Shown in pieces: positions 9,290-17,743 of a DNA stretch of 64,000 bases. The notes below the pieces were generated by a model. The model searched no databases. It saw only the letters and a program-made list of their open reading frames with translations, and was not told the origin of the DNA. The position numbers and the translations under genes were made by a program. Each line of letters begins with the position of its first letter. Positions within the stretch are counted from its first letter, which is position 1. This DNA comes from a virus (taxonomy: Duplodnaviria; Caudoviricetes). The stretch is taken from the IMG/VR virus record IMGVR_UViG_3300026549_000051, positions 47,103 to 111,102 of that record. The stretch is one strand, 5' to 3'.

Positions 9290-9547
9290 TTAGATGCCGA
9301 AGCGGATGCGGGCGTACTCTCGATCGAGAGGTGCTGGTTTCATATGGTTTGGCTCGACTGCTCTCCAGGTGTAGTAAGCTTCGACTTCCCATTCGTCATC
9401 TCTGAGACCAGACTTGTTATAAGCGACATAAGAGACGGGTTCGTCTTTATACATATAACCAGTGTCGCCATATTCGCATTCAGTCAATCCGTGCTTCTCG
9501 GCGTACTCTTTAGCTTTGTAGTAGTCAGTAAAATAAATGGTTTCCAT
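9290..9547 (-). CDS. Small early protein
   Basis: 85 aa, preceded by a UUCG hairpin and GGAGAAAAAAC RBS. Confidence 0.65.
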   Translation of the reverse strand: METIYFTDYYKAKEYAEKHGLTECEYGDTGYMYKDEPVSYVAYNKSGLRDDEWEVEAYYTWRAVEPNHMKPAPLDREYARIRFGI

Positions 9548-9594
9548 TGTAGTTTTTTCTCCTGTTGCCCCTCCGAAGAGGGGCGTTATTGTTA

Positions 9595-9837
9595 TTATTT
9601 TGTGCTGTTTATAGCTTCAATTATCTGTTTTCTATCTTTATGCACGGCGTTCCAGAATTTTTCTGGAGAGTAGTTTTTGTTTTGTTTTCTTAGTTCGTTG
9701 TCTATTGCGTCGTGCAGTTCTTCGAGGAGGAGTCCGTCTTCAGCGTTGCCGTCACCAATGATGAAGCACCCGTCCTTAAGATGAAAACTTAAAATTGATA
9801 TGAGTTTTGCTATAACTTGGAAGTCTTTTCGAGTCAT
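9595..9837 (-). CDS. Small early protein (MTRKDF...FWNA type)
   Basis: 80 aa, CAGGAG RBS, downstream of the promoter at 9900-9928. Confidence 0.65.
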   Translation of the reverse strand: MTRKDFQVIAKLISILSFHLKDGCFIIGDGNAEDGLLLEELHDAIDNELRKQNKNYSPEKFWNAVHKDRKQIIEAINSTK

Positions 9838-9899
9838 AACTTTTTCTCCTGTTTAGTTGTTAACTTTCGAGATGTTTTTTCTTCACATCTCTTATTATA

Positions 9900-9928
9900 A
9901 GGATATCAAATTATTTTAAAATTGTCAA
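9900..9928 (-). promoter_or_regulatory. Sigma70-type promoter
   Basis: TTGACA-17 nt-TATCCT, with a TATAAT just downstream. Confidence 0.6.
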
Positions 9929-9998
9929 TAACTTTTTTACACTTTTTTGCACTTTTTTTATGCATAACATTCATCATCATGGCGTGCGTGTAACAAGC

Positions 9999-10072
9999 AA
10001 CGCACCAACGCACCAACTCATATATACATAGAGGCAGCCGCGGACCTCTTTTCCTCTAATATCACTATCATC
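9999..10072. repeat. Dispersed ~70-bp non-coding element, copy 2
   Basis: Aligns with 9032-9099. Confidence 0.6.
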
Positions 10073-10105
10073 AGATTCCTCTCCCCGAAGGGAGAGGATC
10101 GAGAG

Positions 10106-10279
10106 CTATTGCACTTCTGCTTCCTCCTTCACATCTTCGATGATGTGCCAATCTTCGTCGCAATGGTTGTGCTCGAAGATATCGAACTCGGTTAGAGTCA
10201 TGCCCCAGCATTCTGTATCACAGTCTGGGAGGACATTTTTCTTCATGCGGTTGATTTCGCTTCTAGTAATAAATAACAT
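10106..10279 (-). CDS. Small acidic early protein (57 aa, not in ORF track)
   Basis: MLFITRSEINRMKKNVLPDCDTECWG...; AAGGAGAAAAAACTATG RBS. Confidence 0.6.
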   Translation of the reverse strand: MLFITRSEINRMKKNVLPDCDTECWGMTLTEFDIFEHNHCDEDWHIIEDVKEEAEVQ

Positions 10280-10320
10280 AGTTTTTTCTCCTTACTGGGG
10301 CGGTTGCCCGCCCCTGTTAA

Positions 10321-10467
10321 TTAATATTCCCACCAGTGTTTATGTATGCCTCGTTTTTCGTCCTCGGCTTTTCGGGCTTTTATCTCCTTGGCGCAGGTGT
10401 AAATCGTCCAAAGGCAGAAGCCGAAGCAGATGCCGTTAATGAGGTCGATACTGTTAAGGTTTTGCAT
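10321..10467 (-). CDS. Small membrane-anchored early protein (48 aa, not in ORF track)
   Basis: MQNLNSIDLINGICFGFCLWTIYTCAKEIKARK...WWEY; AAGGAG RBS. Confidence 0.55.
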   Translation of the reverse strand: MQNLNSIDLINGICFGFCLWTIYTCAKEIKARKAEDEKRGIHKHWWEY

Positions 10468-10529
10468 TTTTCTCCTTATGCCACCCCCGTGGGGCGCTTG
10501 GGGGGTGGCTAGTTATTAAAATTTAGCAG

Positions 10530-10802
10530 TTACGCTTTGATGCCTTCGTGCATCTCCTTAGCCTTGCGTATGGCTTCTTCTTTATCGTCGGCTCGCCAGA
10601 TGTGGTAAAACTCCATACCTTGGTCGAGATAGTAACGGTCAAGGCTTCCATATGTGAGGTCATAATCTCGCATATCTGTTTTACGCCAGCCTTGTATGAG
10701 TTGCGTAATTAGCGCATGGGGTAGCTCGCAAGGGCTTGCGATATACTCCCAGTTATCTGTTACAGCCTGTTTGATGGCTACTACGATGTAAGATGTGTTC
10801 AT
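10530..10802 (-). CDS. First gene of the early operon, hypothetical
   Basis: AAGGAG RBS downstream of the promoter at 10848-10876. Confidence 0.65.
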   Translation of the reverse strand: MNTSYIVVAIKQAVTDNWEYIASPCELPHALITQLIQGWRKTDMRDYDLTYGSLDRYYLDQGMEFYHIWRADDKEEAIRKAKEMHEGIKA

Positions 10803-10847
10803 TTTAAACTCCTTGATATTAATTTACTTGGTCGCCCCACTAATTAC

Positions 10848-10876
10848 ATGGTAGCACACTTTTAAAATATTTGCAA
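10848..10876 (-). promoter_or_regulatory. Sigma70-type promoter
   Basis: TTGCAA-17 nt-TACCAT with TG extension. Confidence 0.6.
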
Positions 10877-11150
10877 GCCTAAAATAACAGGGGTGGATGC
10901 TATGATTTTTAAAAATCTTTTACGATTTTACGAGCTAAAATGCTAAAAAATTTAGCGATATTTTACGCCCATAATTTAGACGGGGCAGAGACCCCCAGGA
11001 GTATAGATATAACCCCTCGCCCCAGCGAGGGGTGGTTTGGGGTGTCATACCCCTTTCCGCCTTCTTTTCGCCTTCTTTATACCTCTTTTTATTATTAATG
11101 CCCCCCTCTATAACCTTGACAACCCCTGCCATAAATATGTTGTAATATGG

Positions 11151-11403
11151 AAAAATATATGTCTAAATTTAGCTTAAGCTCAATAAAAATGGCCGATTTT
11201 GGCAAAAATATATGTCAAAATGTGCGAAATATATGTCAAAAATGGAGCATAAGCATGATGTTTTGGCATATATATTACAAAAGCTTATTGACAAGTCTGA
11301 AATTCGGTGTTCTGGCTAAATCCAATTTAGACATATATTTTTAAATTTAGACATATATATTCCGCAAAAAAGCATATATTTTACTATATATTTGCATATA
11401 TTT
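11151..11403. repeat. Iteron-like AAATATATG(T)C array, candidate replication origin
   Basis: Three direct copies (11151, 11204, 11227) and several inverted copies; perfect 19-bp inverted repeat 11151-11169 / 11324-11342. Confidence 0.65.
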
Positions 11404-11527
11404 GTCAACCCCCTCTCGGCCGTCTAATTCCGTGCCATATTCACATTTATGTGTTGACACCACAACCATCGGCCATGGTATAGTGGAAGTATCAACAACA
11501 AATAACATGCAGCGAAAGGAGAGAGGC

Positions 11528-11791
11528 ATGAAAAGTGAACTTAGCCAACGTATCAGCACATTAGAGGAGCTGAACGCGACACCAGAGCTGAGCGCTCAGA
11601 TGGCGAACTATGAGATCAACATTCTAGCCATCACGGACAGTTATATATTATATGAGTTCTCATATATTAACGATGAGACCAAAATGAAAAAATGGGCGAA
11701 GCGGCTGGCGCCGCTGCAGGGGGGCATCACGAGTACATACGAGTATCTTATAAAGACTGTTAAACGTGAGCGCGAGGCGATGGGGCAGTAA
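11528..11791 (+). CDS. Hypothetical protein
   Basis: AAGGAGAGG RBS before MKSEL; coupled to the helicase gene. Confidence 0.6.
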   Translation: MKSELSQRISTLEELNATPELSAQMANYEINILAITDSYILYEFSYINDETKMKKWAKRLAPLQGGITSTYEYLIKTVKREREAMGQ

Positions 11792-11792
11792 T

Positions 11793-13547
11793 ATGGATGG
11801 TGCGGAGGTAGCGGCGGTCCCGATGGCCACCGTGAATGACTTACTGAATGCGGCGCCGGACTTGAAGATGAGCGCGGCGGACTGGACTCGGAAGCGGACA
11901 CTGGAGGCGGTGCGCAAACAATACGAGTTTATATATGTGGACGCGGCGAGGGCGGTGTATTATCGGCCGATGCCAGACGAGATGAACCCGGAGGAGGCGT
12001 TTAAGAGGCTGACGGACATAAGGGCGAGTCAGCTCATCGTGAGTATTTGCCGGAAGCTGTATCCACACAAGGTGATGGCGCCGAGGACCGTGACGGAGCT
12101 GAGTGATACAATTAGCCTATACACAGACCGGCACTTGGACCGGCTGAACGACAATATAATAAAGGTAGGAGCGGACATGTATTGGGACGAGGAGAAGGCC
12201 GCCTTGACCGAATTTCCGGATGGGGTGTGCATGCGTGAGCTGTTTGACGCCAGTTCTCTGGACGAGATTAAGCTGAACATACACGACATATCAACAGCGT
12301 ATATGAGAGGGGTGTATAAGAAGACCCTTGCGCACTTAGAGAAGAATAACGGGAATATTACGCCGTGGGAGCTGTTGGGCCCCAAACAGCAGACAGAGAT
12401 GGGGTGCAGTATGTTGTCGCTGGACTCGGCTGCACTAGCGCCGTTTTGGGTGTGGGCGAATGAAGACCTGGACACCTTTAATGATCTGTTGAAGGCGACT
12501 GCGTCTATTTTTATGCTCCACAAGCCGAAGGGGGCGTTTATCTTAATTGGGCGTACGCGCAATGGCAAATCGAGTTTCATTAAGATGCTCCATACCCTCC
12601 TAGGGCGGAATAATACCTCAGCGGTGAAACTGGCTGACCTCGAGGACCCCCATTTTGTATATGACCTTACTACTACTATGCTGAATGCGCCGGATGAAGA
12701 TGACGAGGGAAAAGGGGCGGAGTTGAAACGCAGCCAGAGCTATTTCAAGTCTATATCTGCGCATGAGCCGATTCCACTGAAGCTGCTCTTCTCTTCTGAG
12801 CCAGTGAAAGTCTCGACTCAGTTCATGAGCTTTTATCCGATGAATAAGTTGCCGGAGTGGACTGGCAGTGGGAAAGAGGCATGTATGCGTCGCTCGTTAA
12901 TTCTGATGTTCAACAATGACCTCAGTAAATTCGACAACAACGGTCGGAATTTCGAGAAGGAGACTTATACCGAGGCCTTCTATAGTGAGCTGTTGGGGGT
13001 TGTGCTAGCGATTGCGCATTACTATCGTGACAGACCGCTGGAGTTCTCGACTACGATGCAGGCGAATCGCGAGAGCGTATCTGAGGCGATTGACTCGGCC
13101 ACGACCTACCTCAATTTGTTTGTTAAATACTTTAGCGGCTATCAGGTCACGCCACTAGTGGATGACTATGAGCTGTGGTGCGTGGAGAACGGATATCAGT
13201 ATAACCGCAAGGAGTTGAAGCAGAAGCTCTTGACCGCCAATTCGCAGAAGAGCACGGCGTATTCTGACGGTGCTGTGCTTACCGTATACAAGTTCCCTGG
13301 CACGAAGGACAGCAAGTTGCCGAACTTTATGCCACAGTATATGGTGCCGGAGTTCAAGCGCTATGTGTCAGACATTATTAATACGGCGACTGTGGGGGTC
13401 GGGCCGAATAAGCAGCCGGCTCGCAGTGTGGTGGCTATGCTCGAGGAGTATTATGCGACCCACGATAACCCAAACGAGTTGCCTGAGCAGATGCAGTTCG
13501 AGGGGCCAGTGGTGGACGGCGACATCGAGGACTTAATCAATGAGTAG
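11793..13547 (+). CDS. SF3 (D5/P4-type) replicative helicase
   Basis: Walker A GRTRNGKSS, Walker B LNAPDE, motif C PMN, RRSLIL arginine finger. Confidence 0.8.
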   Translation: MDGAEVAAVPMATVNDLLNAAPDLKMSAADWTRKRTLEAVRKQYEFIYVDAARAVYYRPMPDEMNPEEAFKRLTDIRASQLIVSICRKLYPHKVMAPRTVTELSDTISLYTDRHLDRLNDNIIKVGADMYWDEEKAALTEFPDGVCMRELFDASSLDEIKLNIHDISTAYMRGVYKKTLAHLEKNNGNITPWELLGPKQQTEMGCSMLSLDSAALAPFWVWANEDLDTFNDLLKATASIFMLHKPKGAFILIGRTRNGKSSFIKMLHTLLGRNNTSAVKLADLEDPHFVYDLTTTMLNAPDEDDEGKGAELKRSQSYFKSISAHEPIPLKLLFSSEPVKVSTQFMSFYPMNKLPEWTGSGKEACMRRSLILMFNNDLSKFDNNGRNFEKETYTEAFYSELLGVVLAIAHYYRDRPLEFSTTMQANRESVSEAIDSATTYLNLFVKYFSGYQVTPLVDDYELWCVENGYQYNRKELKQKLLTANSQKSTAYSDGAVLTVYKFPGTKDSKLPNFMPQYMVPEFKRYVSDIINTATVGVGPNKQPARSVVAMLEEYYATHDNPNELPEQMQFEGPVVDGDIEDLINE

Positions 13548-13980
13548 TCTAGCTGATGCGATTATCCAGCAAAATGAGCGCAAGGGCGCTTCCCCTGAGG
13601 GGAATACTCCCGAGGGGTATTATCGTGACGACATGGGGTATTTAGTAGAAGAAGACCTCGTGGAGGATAAGGAGAGGTATGCGGAGTATGTGCTGCTTCG
13701 CATACTGAGGCTGCACCATAATATATATATGCGCTATGGGCGGCTGTACTGTGGGCACCACCTACTGGAGTGCAATATGCAGGAGGCGCTGGAGCTGGCG
13801 GACTCACCGAGGGTGAGGCTGAACCCTGGGCAGGTGGCGTGGATTTTTAACCGCCTGAGGGAGCTGGCGCCAGAGATAGACGAGACCAAGATCCTGATTG
13901 CTGATGGGGTATACTGGGACATGGATAAGGCCGAGCTGGTCGATTTAGATGAATCAATTAAGTTAACAACCATGAGGTAG
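13540..13980 (+). CDS. Hypothetical protein
   Basis: C-terminal KILIADGVYWDMDKAEL resembles NIIKVGADMYWDEEKAAL in the helicase N-terminal region. Confidence 0.6.
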   Translation: MSSLADAIIQQNERKGASPEGNTPEGYYRDDMGYLVEEDLVEDKERYAEYVLLRILRLHHNIYMRYGRLYCGHHLLECNMQEALELADSPRVRLNPGQVAWIFNRLRELAPEIDETKILIADGVYWDMDKAELVDLDESIKLTTMR

Positions 13981-13983
13981 GAA

Positions 13984-14277
13984 ATGTTGGAGAGAGATTT
14001 TAAGAAGAATTTTCAGAAGAGACTAAAGAAAGAAGTGAAGCCGTTGGCGATTTTACAATATAAACAGGACGCCACGACAGTTGCTGGCTTTCCTGATACC
14101 CTGGTGATACTTGAAGGTATAACGATTTTTATAGAGTACAAAAAGAGCAAGACGGCTAAATTCCGTCCCGGGCAGAAGGAGTGGAATGCGAAACTCAATG
14201 AGAATGGTCACTTTGCCTTTATCTGTTACCCGGAGAACGCAGATAAGATTATCGAGGAGATAAAGAGGATAGCATGA
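13984..14277 (+). CDS. VRR-NUC / PD-(D/E)xK nuclease (Holliday junction resolvase-like)
   Basis: E near the N-terminus, GFPD, FIEYK, QKEW. Confidence 0.8.
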   Translation: MLERDFKKNFQKRLKKEVKPLAILQYKQDATTVAGFPDTLVILEGITIFIEYKKSKTAKFRPGQKEWNAKLNENGHFAFICYPENADKIIEEIKRIA

Positions 14278-14546
14278 AATATATTATCAGATGCACATGT
14301 GGGGGCGTGAAGACTAAGATGGAGGCAGCGATGCAGCTGATTGCCCCGGGGGAGCCACTCCCCCCGGAGGTGAAAGGCGGCGACGCCATGAGAAAACTGG
14401 CGGAGAAGTGGCCAAACACTAACTTCGGTAATCATCTATTGGTGCTTGCGAAGAAACATGGGCGCTACTGCTATTATGTTGAGATAACTGATAAGGGCGA
14501 CATTAAGGATATGCGCGACCTGATGACTGGCAGGAGGATGTACTAA
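14274..14546 (+). CDS. Hypothetical protein
   Basis: CTCG near the N-terminus; translationally coupled. Confidence 0.55.
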   Translation: MKYIIRCTCGGVKTKMEAAMQLIAPGEPLPPEVKGGDAMRKLAEKWPNTNFGNHLLVLAKKHGRYCYYVEITDKGDIKDMRDLMTGRRMY

Positions 14547-14854
14547 TGTTGAAGGCGGTGTCATGCCAGTGTGGCAGTAGCGACAATCTGATACGGGGGA
14601 AGCTGGCGAAGTTCCACTGTAGCCAGGCGCTGACCATTCCGATCATCAAGGGGAAAGAGAAATCTCTCTCGGCATTAAATACGCTTCCGCAATTCCCAGA
14701 AGTCTCAGGCTTACGGCTACATATCGAGGCTCACTCGAAGTGGGCTATTATTATTGGCTATGACGATGAGCGTCTGAAGTGGGTGGATTTAGCGAACGGG
14801 TCTTATCTTAAAAATGACGTGGACGCTGAACTCCTGCTAACACATTTTGCATAA
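14546..14854 (+). CDS. Hypothetical protein
   Basis: CQCG near the N-terminus; translationally coupled. Confidence 0.55.
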   Translation: MLKAVSCQCGSSDNLIRGKLAKFHCSQALTIPIIKGKEKSLSALNTLPQFPEVSGLRLHIEAHSKWAIIIGYDDERLKWVDLANGSYLKNDVDAELLLTHFA

Positions 14855-14901
14855 AAAATTTAATTATTATACTATGTAATTAGCAATAAGGAGGGAAATC
14901 C

Positions 14902-15336
14902 ATGCAACCAACTTTACCAAATGGCTTCATTACAATAGAAGAAGCAGTGAAGCTCATTCAGTCCGATACGCGCTCGGACGCAAAAGTAGATACCAGCTGG
15001 CTAGTCAGACATATTGACTGGGTGGAAGAGGCACATAATTTCCGTATTCCACTCATGAAAACTACTAGCGATAAGAAGGTCGTAGGCATCGGTTCTAAGT
15101 ATGTCGCCGTCATGACTTCTTATGATAAAGAGGTCTTAAAGAAGGCTATTCGTGACCATTACCGTGATATGGTCGGTCATGAATATGACGCGCCTGTAAC
15201 GAAGGCTGTCTCAACCGTCGCTGATGAAGAGCAGACAGGTGGCAACGTTCGCCCACGCAAGAGCAAATCGATTGCGAAAGAGGGTGCCGTTATCGGTACT
15301 GGTGAGACTATTAAGACTAATGGTGCTGACTTATAA
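14902..15336 (+). CDS. Hypothetical protein
   Basis: Strong AAGGAGG RBS. Confidence 0.65.
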   Translation: MQPTLPNGFITIEEAVKLIQSDTRSDAKVDTSWLVRHIDWVEEAHNFRIPLMKTTSDKKVVGIGSKYVAVMTSYDKEVLKKAIRDHYRDMVGHEYDAPVTKAVSTVADEEQTGGNVRPRKSKSIAKEGAVIGTGETIKTNGADL

Positions 15337-15548
15337 TGGAAAACCTAGAGTATCTAAAGGGGCTGATTAAGCGCATAGAGGACTCGGTTAAAATTGTTAA
15401 AAAGGCAGAATCGCCAGACCAGATATCCGAGCAGGAGCGCTTAACCCACCCTGTATTAAAAGAAATGCAGATGGTCACGCCTAGGGTGTGGGATGACTAT
15501 ATCCGTGTAACCCGTGACCGACGCAGAGAAATTGCGGAAGGTAAATAA
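15336..15548 (+). CDS. Hypothetical protein
   Basis: TAATG coupling at both ends. Confidence 0.55.
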   Translation: MENLEYLKGLIKRIEDSVKIVKKAESPDQISEQERLTHPVLKEMQMVTPRVWDDYIRVTRDRRREIAEGK

Positions 15549-15811
15549 TGGACGGAGAGGTGATTGAGGCCAAGGTCAGAGACCATGCCACTATAGAGGA
15601 TGTTAACGTCCATCTCCTAGACAAGCTCGATGAGTTGATTGACGATATCAATCCGAAGGATGCTGATATGGTGCGCGCTTTAACTGAGAGCGTCGCGAAG
15701 CTCAACGCCTCTCTCAAGGGGAATAATATCTTTACCCCTCAAGAAACCGAAGAAGAGAGAAGGGAGCGTGAGGCTCAAGAGGCGATTCTCGGTGCAATGA
15801 AAGGAGAATAG
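15548..15811 (+). CDS. Possible terminase small subunit
   Basis: Small helical protein overlapping the large terminase start; call is positional only. Confidence 0.4.
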   Translation: MDGEVIEAKVRDHATIEDVNVHLLDKLDELIDDINPKDADMVRALTESVAKLNASLKGNNIFTPQETEEERREREAQEAILGAMKGE

Positions 15812-17523
15812 TGGGAAAGCTCCTACTTAATGACTATCAAGACGATAATATCTTAACTAATGACCAGATAAAGAAGGCTTTGTCTGGTGATTTTGATGGG
15901 TTTAAGTATTTCTTCGAGAACTGTATTCTCATCCAAGACCGCGATACCCGTCAGTTTATCCACCCGAAGATGAATAAGGGGCAGGAGATGATTGCCCGTA
16001 CGATTCTGGGGTATGTGGATAAAAACAGTCGAGCTACTGTGCACAAGGAGTGCGTAATCTTGGGGCCCCGTCAGTTCGGTAAATCTACTCTGCTGACAGC
16101 GATCGCTAACTATATTGTGGCTTATGTGGCTGGGATGGAGAACCTTAACGTCGTGCATACGATGCACCAGGCGACTGCGGCAGCCAAATACTTCAAGCAG
16201 AAGATTGCCCCGATTGTGACGAGTGTTCATCCGTCTATTTTCCCGACAATCGAGCGCGATACTCTCGGCACCTCTACTCTATTGAAATATAAAGACGTCA
16301 AAGGGATTCGTCGTGGCGGATATTACGAGGTTACGTCGGCGGGCTCTAACTCTGTCCGTTCCGGCACTGTATCAGTCTGGCTTTGTGACGAGCCGTCTGA
16401 ATACCGTAATCCGGGGGCAGTTGAGGACTCTGTGTCTGGTGCTATCTCTAGCTATGGCTGGTCGTTCACTGCATATATCGGTACTTTCTCTGACCGCTTG
16501 ACGGAGTATTTCTTGAATAAAATCCAGACCGCACTTGATAACCCAGAAGAGATGGAGCTCGTGTTTATTCCGTGGTTTTTGGTGTATGGGCGCAAGGGAG
16601 ATGGAGCTGGCCTAACAGAGGCTAGCTACACTGACTATGACAAAGAGGTCGTCATCCCAGAGATGCAGAAGTACGGGATACCGAGAGAAGAGTGGCACGA
16701 CAAGATTGGCTGGTACCATCGTCGTGCGCTTCGTACCTCGAAGATGAAGTTTGAGTTCCCGACGTCGATCGAGGATATCTTAGCTTTAACCGCCGATCGG
16801 TCGGTGTTCAATAAGGACTCTCTTGATAAACAGGAGAAGAACATCATCGCAGGTGGGACTTATAGAATCGTTACAGACAATCAGACTGGAAAGGTTGAGG
16901 CTCAGCTTACGGATGTCTCGCCGTTCATCATCTACAAGCCTCCAATTTATGGGCACAAATATCGTATTGCGATTGACCCGATTACAGCTCGTTCAGAAGA
17001 GAGCGATAATTTCGCGATGCACGTTATGGACCTAGCGACACATGAGCAGGTGGCAACCTTTACGGAGAGAGGTCTCCCCGATGAGGACTATGCTGACTGG
17101 GCGGTGAGTATCGGGACTATATACAACAAGGCCGACTTATGCCCAGAGATTAACGTGGCCAATGGGTTCATCGTGGCGGTAAATGCTAGGAAATATTACC
17201 ACTGGTATTACGAGGACAAGAAGGCGAGAGCCGAGCGTATTCCGGGGCTTCGTACCTCTGTGGCTACGAAGGAGAGGATGATTGATGCTCTTTCCTCCCT
17301 CTTAGACCGTGAGGCGATTATTATTCATGACGAGAATACCCTGAGTGAGCTTCGCACGATGGTGAAGCATGTCAAAACTCGTGCCGACGGGACGAAGTCT
17401 CTTCGTATGGCGGCCAAGGGCAAGTGCCACGACGATAGGGTGATGGCCTTGGTTATTTACGCCGGTAGCTTAAACCAGCGTGAGCTCGAGCGTGGCAAGC
17501 GCAGCGGTTGGGCAATTTTGTAG
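15811..17523 (+). CDS. terL: Terminase large subunit
   Basis: Walker A GPRQFGKST, Walker B WLCDE, RNase H-like IAIDP...HDDRVMA. Confidence 0.92.
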   Translation: MGKLLLNDYQDDNILTNDQIKKALSGDFDGFKYFFENCILIQDRDTRQFIHPKMNKGQEMIARTILGYVDKNSRATVHKECVILGPRQFGKSTLLTAIANYIVAYVAGMENLNVVHTMHQATAAAKYFKQKIAPIVTSVHPSIFPTIERDTLGTSTLLKYKDVKGIRRGGYYEVTSAGSNSVRSGTVSVWLCDEPSEYRNPGAVEDSVSGAISSYGWSFTAYIGTFSDRLTEYFLNKIQTALDNPEEMELVFIPWFLVYGRKGDGAGLTEASYTDYDKEVVIPEMQKYGIPREEWHDKIGWYHRRALRTSKMKFEFPTSIEDILALTADRSVFNKDSLDKQEKNIIAGGTYRIVTDNQTGKVEAQLTDVSPFIIYKPPIYGHKYRIAIDPITARSEESDNFAMHVMDLATHEQVATFTERGLPDEDYADWAVSIGTIYNKADLCPEINVANGFIVAVNARKYYHWYYEDKKARAERIPGLRTSVATKERMIDALSSLLDREAIIIHDENTLSELRTMVKHVKTRADGTKSLRMAAKGKCHDDRVMALVIYAGSLNQRELERGKRSGWAIL

Positions 17524-17550
17524 ACATTATTTTTTCCGTTTTATCAACAG

Positions 17551-17716
17551 TAGTATGTTTTACTGAAATTAAGTCTGGCACCTTTAATAGACCAAGTTGT
17601 GCTGTGCCCGGTGAGCTGCAAACTCACAGAGCCAACGGTGCGAGGAGGCCGATTAACTGGAGCAACTAAGGATTAGACGGTTTGCACCCGCCGAATTGTA
17701 GTAGACGTAAACATAT
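17551..17716 (+). ncRNA. Structured leader RNA upstream of the major capsid gene
   Basis: Nested complementary segments TACTGAAATT/AATTGTAGTA, GTCTGG/TTAGAC, CCTT/AAGG, AGTTGT/GCAACT; hairpin GTGAG-CTGCAAA-CTCAC. Confidence 0.5.
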
Positions 17717-17743
17717 TAATTTTAATAAAAAAGGATTTTTTCT

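Noticed and set aside
11147-11559. ORFs 11147-11344 and 11347-11559
   Set aside because: They are translations of the iteron/promoter region without an RBS and are probably not genes.
17600-17650. SAM-I riboswitch or group II intron domain V resemblance (GCCCGGTGAG, GCCAACGGTGC, GAGCC...GCAC)
   Set aside because: Only scattered short similarities; the required core helices are not present.
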